The position numbers and the translations under genes were made by a program. The notes below the pieces were generated by a model. The model did not search any database. It was not told the DNA's origin and saw nothing but the letters and a program-made list of their open reading frames with translations. Shown here in pieces: positions 28,915 to 38,742 of a stretch of DNA of 45,772 nt (positions are counted from its first letter, which is position 1; every line of letters begins with the position of its first letter). The stretch comes from Sulfurovum sp. (GTDB lineage: Bacteria; Campylobacterota; Campylobacteria; Campylobacterales; Sulfurovaceae): the NCBI GenBank assembly GCA_026982075.1, contig JALSHU010000089.1:1-45772 (forward strand), in the 5' to 3' direction.

Positions 28915-30264
28915 ATGGCAAAGAAAAAAACTTTATTTGAATGTCAGGCTTGTGGTTTTCAGTCACCTAGATGGATAGGAAAATGTACATCCTGCAATGA
29001 ATGGGAAAGTATGGTTGAATTAAGCACAGAGCAGATAAAATTTTTAAAAGAAACTGTATCTTCTACATCATCTAGTAGTCTTCAAAAAGCTAAACCTATT
29101 ACCCAAATAGAAGAAGACAATATCGTACGATTTACATCTGGAAGTACTGAACTTGACCTTGTCCTTGGGGGAGGTATAGTCCCTGGTTCATTAACATTAA
29201 TAGGTGGTAGCCCAGGTGTAGGTAAATCTACTTTACTCTTAAAAATCGCAGGTAATTTAGCACGTAATAACCAAAAGGTACTTTATGTTTCAGGTGAAGA
29301 ATCAGCAGGACAAATCAAACTTCGTGCAAACAGACTAGAAGCCAATGATGATAATCTTTATCTACTCCCCGAAATCAACCTTAGTAGCGTCATATCTGAA
29401 ATAAATAACCAGCAGTATGAACTTATCATTATAGACTCCATACAAACACTCTATTCAGATGAAACACCTTCTTCCCCTGGTTCTGTCACCCAAGTACGTA
29501 ATATCACTTTTGAACTCATGCGTATTGCTAAATCTTTACATATTCCTATTTTCATTATTGGACATATTACAAAAGATGGATCTATAGCGGGACCTAGAGT
29601 TTTGGAGCATATGGTTGATACCGTTTTATACTTTGAAGGTGATACAAATTCTGACTTACGTCTCTTACGTGGATTTAAAAATCGTTTTGGTGCAACCAAT
29701 GAGGTGGGTATTTTTGAAATGAATAAAGAAGGTCTCAATGATGCAAAAAGTATGGCAGGTAAATTTTTTAACAAAGATAAACTACAGTCTGGTTCTGCCC
29801 TTACTGTCATATTAGAAGGTTCTCGTCCTATTATTATTGAAGTACAAGCCTTGGTTTCAGAAGCCTACGGACATGCCAAACGTAGTTCAACAGGTTTTGA
29901 TAACAACAGGCTCGGAATGCTTCTTGCTTTACTTGAAAAAAAACTTGATTTGCCCTTGGGTACTTATGATGTGTTTATCAATATTTCAGGTGGTATTAAA
30001 ATCAATGACCCCTCTGCTGATCTTGCTATTATCGCAGCTATCTTAAGCAGTTATAGGAACAGAGAGTTGAGTTCTGAAACACTGTTTATCGGAGAAGTAA
30101 GCCTTACTGGTGAAATACGGGAAGTATCTGGACTTAGCCAAAGGCTCAAAGAAATTGAGATGCAAGGCTTTATGAAGGCAGTTATCCCAAATAAGGCTTT
30201 GGAAGCAACCAAAGTCAAATGTTTTATTGCAGATGAGGTTTCTAAAGTTGTTGAATGGATGTAA
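28915..30264 (+). CDS. radA: DNA repair protein RadA/Sms
   Basis: C4 zinc finger (CQAC...CTSC), GSPGVGKST, KNRFG, Lon-like C-terminal domain; start 28915 after AGGAG. Confidence 0.97.
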   Translation: MAKKKTLFECQACGFQSPRWIGKCTSCNEWESMVELSTEQIKFLKETVSSTSSSSLQKAKPITQIEEDNIVRFTSGSTELDLVLGGGIVPGSLTLIGGSPGVGKSTLLLKIAGNLARNNQKVLYVSGEESAGQIKLRANRLEANDDNLYLLPEINLSSVISEINNQQYELIIIDSIQTLYSDETPSSPGSVTQVRNITFELMRIAKSLHIPIFIIGHITKDGSIAGPRVLEHMVDTVLYFEGDTNSDLRLLRGFKNRFGATNEVGIFEMNKEGLNDAKSMAGKFFNKDKLQSGSALTVILEGSRPIIIEVQALVSEAYGHAKRSSTGFDNNRLGMLLALLEKKLDLPLGTYDVFINISGGIKINDPSADLAIIAAILSSYRNRELSSETLFIGEVSLTGEIREVSGLSQRLKEIEMQGFMKAVIPNKALEATKVKCFIADEVSKVVEWM

Positions 30265-30279
30265 GCGATATAATATCTT

Positions 30280-30642
30280 ATGAAAATTGGAACAGATATT
30301 ATACAAATAAACCGCATAAGAACACTTATTGACAAATATGATAGGAAGTTTAAACACAAGTATCTCTCTTCTGATGAGATTAAATTGGCTAAAAAAGTGG
30401 AAACTTTTGCTGGGTTTTGGGCAGCAAAAGAAGCTATTGCAAAAGCTCTTGGATGTGGCATAGGTTCTGACCTCACTTTTCATGATATTATCATCAGTAA
30501 AAATGCTAAAGGTGCACCTTACTTTATATTAACAGACCATGCACAACAAACACATCAAATTGTACAATCATCACTCTCTATCAGCCATGATGGTGGTTTT
30601 GCTATTGCTGTAGTAGCGATTACGACATCCAACATACTATAA
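30280..30642 (+). CDS. acpS: Holo-ACP synthase
   Basis: IGTDII, AGFWAAKEA, LSISHD. Confidence 0.95.
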   Translation: MKIGTDIIQINRIRTLIDKYDRKFKHKYLSSDEIKLAKKVETFAGFWAAKEAIAKALGCGIGSDLTFHDIIISKNAKGAPYFILTDHAQQTHQIVQSSLSISHDGGFAIAVVAITTSNIL

Positions 30643-30714
30643 AGTATTTGCATCGTATTGTATTCATACTAAAATTATATTACAATACACCCATTACTAC
30701 AAAAAGGATTTTCC

Positions 30715-31146
30715 ATGAAAATATGGCTAACTTCAACCCTCTCATTATTTTTTATCACTGGATGTGTATCTACAACAGAATACACACAACTCCAGAATAA
30801 AAATGCACAACAAAGATTACTGATTCAACAACAACAATCACAAATTGATGCATTAAAAGGTAAGAAAACGCGTAGTTCGGTACAAAAAGCACCCAAAAGA
30901 AATGTCAAGTTAAAAAAAGTTGAAGATGACAACTATAGTTCAGAGTATATGTATCCAAAAACAAAACAAAAACCTCAGAATACTACGAAATTAGCACAAA
31001 ATCAGACAACAACTGCTTCATCTATGATGGGAAGAGAGGAATGTATAAGTATGATTGGCGCAGACAAATTTGAAAAATATACACAAATGTTTGGTAATGA
31101 AGCAGCGTCTATTAAAAGATGTGCCATGCTCAAAGCGATGAATTAG
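30715..31146 (+). CDS. Hypothetical lipoprotein with coiled coil and two-Cys C-terminal domain
   Basis: Lipobox ITGC; Gln-rich coiled coil; AAGGA RBS. Confidence 0.7.
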   Translation: MKIWLTSTLSLFFITGCVSTTEYTQLQNKNAQQRLLIQQQQSQIDALKGKKTRSSVQKAPKRNVKLKKVEDDNYSSEYMYPKTKQKPQNTTKLAQNQTTTASSMMGREECISMIGADKFEKYTQMFGNEAASIKRCAMLKAMN

Positions 31147-32135
31147 TTACACTTTTTTAGATGTATCATTTTAAATCTATCACCCATCATCGTGGGTGAA
31201 ATCAATGTTTTGATTCTATCTGCTTCTCTTGCATATTGCTCTTGAGTCGCATGTTTAGAAAACTGTTCTAGTATGTCTATCAAGCCAAAACGTATCAGGG
31301 CACGTGCTTGGGTCTCATAAAGTACTTCAGTAAAATTTTCTGCTTTAAAAGCTTCGCTTACATGTCCAAAGTTAACATCATATGTAATATCATCTTTTTT
31401 AAATGATTCAGAAAGTATTAACTCTTCATCAAATAGAGGAAAGGTCTCATGTGATTGATAAACACGAATAGAAAAGTCATTCCTGACATATTTTTCACCA
31501 TAATCAAATGTTACAAAATCACATGTTTCGATACCTTTAGCCATCTCATTGGCAAATTTTTCATAACCTTGTGCCACTTCACCTTGCTTTAAGTGATGTT
31601 TCTTTGCCCAACTCAACATCTTTTCTGTTGCATCTTCCCATACTATTTGATTATCTATCACTGATGCGACCTTTTCATCCTTTAACAGCTCACAAGGAAA
31701 CGCATCAAAAATCTCATTTGCGACTACAAAAGCATAGTTGACTTTGACATCTGAGATATCATTAAAATGTGTTATTTTAATATCATCACCAAAACGCTCA
31801 TGTATATATGCCAATTGTGCTTTTTGCACCTCTTCTTGACGCTCAACAATACCAAACTTGAGGGTTTTTACCAACTGAGGATCACAGGTATAAAGCCATT
31901 GGATCATATCACACAATAAATATCCTTGATGTGCTCCGATTTCTATAAGCCATCCGTCTTTATTGGCCTTATTATCTCTCAGTAACTGATAAAAATAATT
32001 GGCAATACTCGCACCAAAAAAACGACTTGTGCTTACCGCTGTGTAAAAATCTCCTGTTTTTCCTATTGCTTTAAATGTTTTATAATACCCTTCTTCACCA
32101 TAGAGCCATTCATTCATATATTTACTAAAGTACAT
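31143..32135 (-). CDS. MidA/NDUFAF7-family SAM-dependent methyltransferase
   Basis: FSKYMNEWLYG..GYY, GDFYTAVS, EIGAHQG, ANEIFDAFP, FDYG, DITYDVNF, MGDRFK. Confidence 0.9.
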   Translation of the reverse strand: MYFSKYMNEWLYGEEGYYKTFKAIGKTGDFYTAVSTSRFFGASIANYFYQLLRDNKANKDGWLIEIGAHQGYLLCDMIQWLYTCDPQLVKTLKFGIVERQEEVQKAQLAYIHERFGDDIKITHFNDISDVKVNYAFVVANEIFDAFPCELLKDEKVASVIDNQIVWEDATEKMLSWAKKHHLKQGEVAQGYEKFANEMAKGIETCDFVTFDYGEKYVRNDFSIRVYQSHETFPLFDEELILSESFKKDDITYDVNFGHVSEAFKAENFTEVLYETQARALIRFGLIDILEQFSKHATQEQYAREADRIKTLISPTMMGDRFKMIHLKKCN

Positions 32136-33324
32136 TTTCCACCCGTATATACAATTTTAACAATTGTATTTGTTTGTCTATTTCATATATCTTTTGATCT
32201 AGTTTTCTTATATGAAGAGAATTACGCATAATATCTGCATCAAGAGAAGTCTTCTCACCTACTTGTGCAAGGTTTTTTGTCACGCGAAATAGACTATTAT
32301 ATATTCTTTCATCTTTTTTCGCTAAAAATATTTTTTTGTTTAAAATATCTAAACTGTTATATATCCATTGATACTCTTCCTCTACAGTTTCTCTTCTATC
32401 TATCACCTGTACTGCAGCTTTTAGCTTTTCGACTTTACTCGCCTCAATATCAGCAAATGAATTCACATCAATAGGCATAGAGATAGAAAATCCATAATTA
32501 TAATATTGTTCTTGCAGTATTGAATTAGGTCCGACAAATAGAGGATTTATATCACCATCAGTATATCGGCCTTGTAGAGAAATAGTTGGCAAATATTTAG
32601 CCCATGTGATTTTTTCATTGTACTCTGACTGTGTTGCTCGTAATCTATCTACTTTTAATTCGAGATTTTTTTCTATATACTCTGATTTATCTATCAATTT
32701 TAGTACAGGAAGTTTTAAGTTCTCAGGCTTTTTATCACTTAATATAGAAAACCTTTGTTTTAATTCTAACACATTTAATTCCATCTCAAGTAAAGCTATT
32801 TCATCCTGATTTTTCTTTAAGATTGCTTGGTCTAAAAAACTACTGTCCAAAAGGCCTGTATTATAACTATCACGCTTTTGCCGTATATCTATAATATCAT
32901 TTTTGATTAATAGTTTTAATTTTTCTTGTTCTAACTTTGTTTTCTTTAAATTAAAAAGTATAGAAACTGCATCTCCAATCATTTTACGTCTTTGAAACGT
33001 AATCTCTGCATTATTGGCATCACGAAGGGCATTTGAATATTTAATAGCATAATAAATACCACCTGATCTAAAAATTGGTTGGTCAATCACAATATTAAAC
33101 GTACCCACAGTAATCGTTTGATTACCAAACTGCGTAGAATAATCTTTACCATAACGCAAGGTAATAGGATTAATCCAACTTTTCGATAACTTATCACTTT
33201 CCAACTCGTTACTTTGAAAATCATAATCAAACAAAAGCTCTTTGTTTGTGGAGAGTATATCCCCTAATTCATCCCCATATATACTAGCTGTCAATAGACT
33301 ACAAAGCACTAATAGCTTTTTCAA
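32125..33324 (-). CDS. TolC-family outer membrane efflux protein
   Basis: Probable TTG start at 33324 (MKKLLVLCSLL signal peptide; ORF track gives 33342); DQPIFRSGG, YLPTISL, GFSISMPI repeats; helical coiled coils. Confidence 0.8.
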   Translation of the reverse strand: MKKLLVLCSLLTASIYGDELGDILSTNKELLFDYDFQSNELESDKLSKSWINPITLRYGKDYSTQFGNQTITVGTFNIVIDQPIFRSGGIYYAIKYSNALRDANNAEITFQRRKMIGDAVSILFNLKKTKLEQEKLKLLIKNDIIDIRQKRDSYNTGLLDSSFLDQAILKKNQDEIALLEMELNVLELKQRFSILSDKKPENLKLPVLKLIDKSEYIEKNLELKVDRLRATQSEYNEKITWAKYLPTISLQGRYTDGDINPLFVGPNSILQEQYYNYGFSISMPIDVNSFADIEASKVEKLKAAVQVIDRRETVEEEYQWIYNSLDILNKKIFLAKKDERIYNSLFRVTKNLAQVGEKTSLDADIMRNSLHIRKLDQKIYEIDKQIQLLKLYIRVENVL

Positions 33325-34483
33325 AACGTTTGAATCCTTCATCTATTTCATTTTTACTAATGGTGATACTTGGTAAAAAACGTACAGTATTACGCCCTGC
33401 TTTTAAGACTATCAAACCTTCTTTTAAACAATTTTTTAGCACTTCTGCTTGTATTTCTGTATTTCTTGCCCGTAAGCCTCGCATCAACCCTAAACCTACT
33501 TCTTTTTCAAATAAATGGGTATATTTATCGACTAATTCTTTTACTTTTTGAGAAAAGTAAATGAGAACTTCATCTAAAGTACCACTCTCATAGAGAGAAG
33601 TTAATATATCTAAAACTGCTAAACCAGCTGTTGTACTTAAATAATTACCTCCAAAAGTACTCCCGTGATCTCCAACACTCAAAATCTCTTTATGTTTCGT
33701 CATCACAGCACCTATGGGTACCCCACCACCTAAACCTTTAGCCAATGTAATAATATCTGGTTCGATCTCATATAGATTAGAAGCCAAGAATTCTCCTGTG
33801 CGGTACACACCCGTTTGTACTTCATCAACAATGAATAAAATCTCTTTAGTTTTTAAGTGTCTAGCCAGTTTTTGTATCTCCCCTTTTTCAAAAGGTTGTA
33901 CCCCACCTTCACCTTGCACAAGTTCAATCAAAACAGCTACCGTTTCATCATCAATAGCCTTATAAACATCTTCTATACTCTTTTCATAAGAAAATCCATC
34001 AGGGTAAGGAGAAAAATGAGGGGTATGAAAACTCTCTTGCCCTGTCGCTTTTACTGTAGTAATGGTCCGTCCATGAAAGGAATGTTCTAAGGTAATTACC
34101 TTATAGCGTTTATTGTTAAACTTTGTTTCACCATATTTGCGTGCTATTTTTATGGCTCCTTCATTTGCTTCCGCACCTGAATTGGCAAAAAATATACCCA
34201 TATCATATCCACTTAACTCCACTATTTTTTGCGCCAATTTCGCTTGTGGCTCAATCACTTGCAGGTTTGAAATATGTATAATATTTTTCACTTGTTCACA
34301 AATAGCCGAAGTCAATATATCATTTCCATGTCCTACAGAATTAACCCCAATACCTGATGCAAAGTCTATATAGTCTTTGCCCTTTTCATCATATAATGTC
34401 GAGCCTACTCCCTTTACAAAGTTTGTATAATCGCGTGCGTATGTTTGTAATATGTACTGTTTGTCTTGTTCTTCTAAAGTCAT
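33299..34483 (-). CDS. argD: Acetylornithine aminotransferase (class III PLP)
   Basis: DFASGIGV, NSGAEANE, SFHGRT, DEVQTG, TLAKGLGGG, HGSTFGGN. Confidence 0.93.
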   Translation of the reverse strand: MTLEEQDKQYILQTYARDYTNFVKGVGSTLYDEKGKDYIDFASGIGVNSVGHGNDILTSAICEQVKNIIHISNLQVIEPQAKLAQKIVELSGYDMGIFFANSGAEANEGAIKIARKYGETKFNNKRYKVITLEHSFHGRTITTVKATGQESFHTPHFSPYPDGFSYEKSIEDVYKAIDDETVAVLIELVQGEGGVQPFEKGEIQKLARHLKTKEILFIVDEVQTGVYRTGEFLASNLYEIEPDIITLAKGLGGGVPIGAVMTKHKEILSVGDHGSTFGGNYLSTTAGLAVLDILTSLYESGTLDEVLIYFSQKVKELVDKYTHLFEKEVGLGLMRGLRARNTEIQAEVLKNCLKEGLIVLKAGRNTVRFLPSITISKNEIDEGFKRFEKAISAL

Positions 34484-36252
34484 TTTATATATCCTTCTGT
34501 TTTTTCTATTTTTATCTTTACTTCCTGATAACAGGCATTTTCACCTTCATCACTCTCTATCGATGGTGTCAAAAAATTGACTCCTAAAGTATTGCTAGTC
34601 ACCAGCACACAATTACTTCTTATATTCTCATTAAGTACAACCTCAAGCTCAACCACTCCATAACTAGATGATATTTTAACTTTATCACCCTCTAAGTAAC
34701 CAACTTTAGGATGTATTTGTATTTTTGTATCACGTTTAAACTGAGTATTAAGTGCCTTACTTGTTTTGGAAGACAATAAATAAAATCTTTTATCTACATC
34801 TGTAGCATGAAAAAATCTATCATCCAACTTCTTGATGAATACAAACGGCTCATTGCCCCCTTCTCCAAAACCTTCAGCATAAGGTATTTCTTCAAATCCC
34901 GCAGAAACATAGTTTCCGTCTTCTTCCTTACATTGATTCAGCCAAAAACGTATATAATGTTCCTCGCTTTCAAGCCCTTCTAAACGAAAAGCATCAAAAA
35001 GATATTGGGTAAACGCATATTCACTCATTCCGATATGTGAATCTACAATTTTATTCATTTTTTCTACATAGTGATGCCCATAAGAAAGTCTGACATCCTC
35101 TTTTTCAAAAAAGTTTTTAGCAGGGATGACAATGTTTGCTCTTTTTGATGTTTCATTTTCATAGAGTCCAAAATAAATCAGATTTTCTACTTTCTCCAGA
35201 GATTTACACACACGTGTACTATCAGGCATAGATTCTGCAGGATTTCCCCCCTGTACCAACACTGTATCAAAGTCTGAAAACTCTGTTGTCACTTTCGAAA
35301 CTGTTTTACATACAACTTCAAAAGGATTGTCAAACCCTAATTTTGAATTAGAAAGATAGTGTACCCCACACCCTTTTTTACCAAATATTCCAAGTGTAGC
35401 AGCAAGGGAGTCTATCGCATGCAACACTGCATTTCCAGTAGTGTATTTCTGTACACCTGTACCTACTAAAAAAACAACTTTCTTATCACATAAATAAGGT
35501 ATAATAGCCTTCACTTCTTCCAAATCAACACCACAATACCCTAAAAAAGAACTCATTTTAAATTCACTTATGAAATCAAAAAAAGCCTTATAATCAGGTG
35601 CAAATTTTTCTAGCCATTTATTATCTTGTCTATCTTCCATGACTAAAATTCGTGCGAGGACTAATGCCAAATAAATATCACTGCAAGGTTGTATTTGTAG
35701 ATGACACTCAGATTTTTTTGCTATTGCAGTGTTCACAGGGTCTATAACCACTGTATTTTTTTCTGCCAAAAATGGCATGATATGGGCATTGGTGACGGTT
35801 ACATTCCTTCCCCATATGACTATCGTATCTGCCTCTTTTATTTGCTCAAGAGGTAACACTCTATTCACACCTCTACCCGCAACAATACCTGCATCTCCAG
35901 CGCCATCACAAAGACTGCCATGCGTAAGTGTACCATTCATTCTCTCTAAAAACAGGTTGGTCACTTCTTGCATGACACCCATATTACCTGAACCTCTCCA
36001 AAACAAAGACGTCTCTTTTTTAAATGCACTGCATACAGCATGCATTGCTTCATCCATACTTACTTCTACCCCATTGACACGAGGTTTTTCTATACGTACT
36101 TCATTATGAATACTTCTATTCAGAAAAGTACATAATGATCCATCCCCTGCAGGATGTTCATTGTCTCCTGTCATTTTAGGAAACATACCCTCTGTAACCT
36201 TGATTTTACAAGCATCATAACAATCTAATGCACATGCCGTCGTACGTATCAT
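34480..36252 (-). CDS. Cytoplasmic molybdopterin-dependent oxidoreductase of unknown substrate (DMSO reductase superfamily)
   Basis: N-terminal CALDCYDAC...LC Fe-S motif; SLCDGAG; IWGRN; NPAESMPD; C-terminal molybdopterin-binding domain; no Tat signal. Confidence 0.85.
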   Translation of the reverse strand: MIRTTACALDCYDACKIKVTEGMFPKMTGDNEHPAGDGSLCTFLNRSIHNEVRIEKPRVNGVEVSMDEAMHAVCSAFKKETSLFWRGSGNMGVMQEVTNLFLERMNGTLTHGSLCDGAGDAGIVAGRGVNRVLPLEQIKEADTIVIWGRNVTVTNAHIMPFLAEKNTVVIDPVNTAIAKKSECHLQIQPCSDIYLALVLARILVMEDRQDNKWLEKFAPDYKAFFDFISEFKMSSFLGYCGVDLEEVKAIIPYLCDKKVVFLVGTGVQKYTTGNAVLHAIDSLAATLGIFGKKGCGVHYLSNSKLGFDNPFEVVCKTVSKVTTEFSDFDTVLVQGGNPAESMPDSTRVCKSLEKVENLIYFGLYENETSKRANIVIPAKNFFEKEDVRLSYGHHYVEKMNKIVDSHIGMSEYAFTQYLFDAFRLEGLESEEHYIRFWLNQCKEEDGNYVSAGFEEIPYAEGFGEGGNEPFVFIKKLDDRFFHATDVDKRFYLLSSKTSKALNTQFKRDTKIQIHPKVGYLEGDKVKISSSYGVVELEVVLNENIRSNCVLVTSNTLGVNFLTPSIESDEGENACYQEVKIKIEKTEGYIK

Positions 36253-37043
36253 TCTCTAATCTCTACTTTCATCAATTTGGAAAACATCTCCTTGGGCGCA
36301 GGGATATAAATCTCAGCCCTATAAGAAGAGATAAATTTTTCATCCGCTACTTTCCAAATTTTATTGACTTTATATTCTGTTCGATTACCATTGAGATACA
36401 CACTTTTTGTGTCTAAACCTTTTAGCTCATCTGCTTCTAAAAAAACTACTAGCTTAGCTCGACTTTTATCCATCACATGAACTAACGAAGCCCCAGGCAC
36501 TACGTAATCACCTTTTCTTACCATGATTTTATAAATATATTTATCAGTTAATACTAAAGATTTCTTACGGATTGTATCTTTTAACTGTTCTATTCTAGAG
36601 TGCATATCTAATATCTGTTTTTTCAAATTCACTATCTTCTCACGGATACCAAGGTATTGTGTCTTAGCAGAAGTAAAACTACTAAAAGCATTATCTTTTT
36701 GCGTCTTTGAAGCTGTCATAAGTTTATTTATACGTTGGTAATAGCCTTCTTTTCTTTTTACAGTATTTTTTAAACTATTAGCAATATCATTATTGATATC
36801 CAACATTTCATGCAGTAATATAACACTTTCTTCTAACAATTCAAGATTAATTTCATCAAGGGTATCATCTAGGTGTATTATCCTTTTTGAATCTACCATA
36901 CTACCTTCAGAATCAAGATCCACCTCAACAACCAGAGCATTCACGGATGACTTTAAAACGATAGATTCGTAAGGTTCAACTTTTGCATAGTGTACTTTAG
37001 CACATATAAACAAAGGTGCCAAGAACAATAATAATATTTTCAT
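36249..37043 (-). CDS. HlyD/periplasmic adaptor (membrane fusion) protein
   Basis: Signal peptide, split lipoyl-like halves around a long coiled hairpin (VRKGDYVVPGASL); TGCTATAAT promoter at 37063-37071. Confidence 0.75.
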   Translation of the reverse strand: MKILLLFLAPLFICAKVHYAKVEPYESIVLKSSVNALVVEVDLDSEGSMVDSKRIIHLDDTLDEINLELLEESVILLHEMLDINNDIANSLKNTVKRKEGYYQRINKLMTASKTQKDNAFSSFTSAKTQYLGIREKIVNLKKQILDMHSRIEQLKDTIRKKSLVLTDKYIYKIMVRKGDYVVPGASLVHVMDKSRAKLVVFLEADELKGLDTKSVYLNGNRTEYKVNKIWKVADEKFISSYRAEIYIPAPKEMFSKLMKVEIRE

Positions 37044-37250
37044 TGAAATTCTTTTTTATTTGATTATAGCAAAATAGATTTAATCATACTTCCAGTGGCC
37101 TATACTTTTGCAATAATTTTCTAGGGATATCTTTTACAACTTAAATAAAAAGTACTATATGATAAATGTTGCATTTATAGTGATTTTGGTTATACTGTAT
37201 ACAGTAAAGTTGTCATTTATGTAGGTATTAGTTTTCATACAATTAATATA

Positions 37251-37608
37251 AGGTGCAACGATAAGCCGGGTTTTGTCGTGGGTAGTTATTTATCTAGGCA
37301 TATGGTTGCCCATATGCTCAAGCGAAGTATGTGTGCTGATTTAACAGCTTACAAAGCTTATACCATATACTTCTTGCTGCGGGAAGGGTTTACCTAGCTA
37401 GCTATGTTACCATAACTACTGGTGGGCTCTTACCCCACCGTTTCACCTTTTACCAAAAGGGTTTTAAGACCCAAAACATGGTTTTCGTACTTTCTGTTGC
37501 ACTTGCCCTCAGATTACTCTGGCCATCTGTTAGGTGGATCCCTGCTTTGTGTGCAGCCCGGACTTTCCTCTCGTAGCATAATGCTACCAGCAACTACCTA
37601 TTGCACCT
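37251..37608 (-). ncRNA. rnpB: RNase P RNA (bacterial type A)
   Basis: Minus strand GAGGAAAGTCCGGGC near the 5' end and ACAAAACCCGGCTTAT near the 3' end; P1 AGGTGCAA/TTGCACCT; TGCTATAAT at 37616-37624. Confidence 0.96.
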
Positions 37609-37626
37609 GATGCGAATTATAGCATA

Positions 37627-38550
37627 TTAAAATATGGATAATCCAGTTTTTGTTGTAAACTTTTCTAATGCAATTGTCCCTGCATGTGAATTACCATACT
37701 TATTCAGTGCAGGAGACCACACCGCTATGGACATTGTACCTGGTACGGTAGCCACAATACCCCCACCTACACCACTTTTAGCTGGTAAGCCTACATGATA
37801 AGCAAACTCACCACTGGCATCATAATGTCCGCAAGTGAGCATCACCGCATTAATACGCTTTGCCTTAGAACTTGAGATAAATGTCTTCTTTGAAATAGGG
37901 TCTGTACCACCAAATGCTAAAAACATCATAGCACGAGATAATTCTTCTGTATTCATAGTAATGGCACAGTGCTTACAATACATCATTACTGTTTTAGGTA
38001 CATCATTCTCAAAATTTCCAAAACTCTTCATAAGTCTTGCGAGTGCTAAATTTCTATCACCATATTCCATCTCCGACTTAGCAACTATTTGATCAAATGA
38101 AAGTATCGGATTGCAAGATATATCACGAATAAACTGCATAATAACCTCTAACGTTTTATATTCATCTTTATAATGTGAAATAAGACTGTCGGTGATGGCA
38201 ATAGCTCCTGCATTGATAAATGGATTACGCGGTATACCATTTTCATATTCTAACTGCACTAAAGAGTTAAATGCATTTCCAGAAGGCTCTACACCTACTC
38301 GATTGTAAAGCTCTTTTGAGTAAAGTTGTAATGCCAAAGTAAAGGTAAATACTTTAGAGATACTTTGTATAGAAAATCTCTTTTGACTATCGCCTACAGA
38401 ATACATAGTGCCATCAGGGAGCGTCAGGGTCATAGCAAACTGTTTTTTTTCTACTTCTGCTAAAGCAGGAATATAATCTGCTACTTTTCCATAAGAGAGC
38501 TCGGGCTGTATCTCGGCATATATTTCGTCAAGTATTTTTTGGTAATTCAT
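37627..38550 (-). CDS. glsA: Glutaminase
   Basis: GKVADYIPAL, FSIQSISK (SxxK), EPSG, NPFINAGA, AKSGVGGG. Confidence 0.95.
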   Translation of the reverse strand: MNYQKILDEIYAEIQPELSYGKVADYIPALAEVEKKQFAMTLTLPDGTMYSVGDSQKRFSIQSISKVFTFTLALQLYSKELYNRVGVEPSGNAFNSLVQLEYENGIPRNPFINAGAIAITDSLISHYKDEYKTLEVIMQFIRDISCNPILSFDQIVAKSEMEYGDRNLALARLMKSFGNFENDVPKTVMMYCKHCAITMNTEELSRAMMFLAFGGTDPISKKTFISSSKAKRINAVMLTCGHYDASGEFAYHVGLPAKSGVGGGIVATVPGTMSIAVWSPALNKYGNSHAGTIALEKFTTKTGLSIF

Positions 38551-38702
38551 CAGGCATGCTTTTTTAGAGAATTATACTCTAAAATAGGAGAAAGAAAGAG
38601 ATAGTTTTGATTTGTTGTAAATTTGTAGATTGTACCAAAGGAGCATACGCATAGAATATGACTACACGTGCTCTCTAAAGATATCTGGCATTAAATGCCG
38701 AT

Positions 38703-38728
38703 ACCCCTCGCTTAAGCGTAAGAGGGGT
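38703..38728 (-). terminator. Hairpin just downstream of sucD
   Basis: ACCCCTC...GAGGGGT stem enclosing the palindrome GCTTAAGC; no clear U tract. Confidence 0.5.
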
Positions 38729-38742
38729 GTAATAAAGCAAGA

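Noticed and set aside
37193-37206. TACTGTATACAGTA as a LexA/SOS box
   Set aside because: The spacing is CTG-N4-CAG, not the CTG-N10-CAG of the gammaproteobacterial box, and no repair gene is adjacent.
37422-37610. 62-aa plus-strand ORF
   Set aside because: It lies antisense within the RNase P RNA gene.
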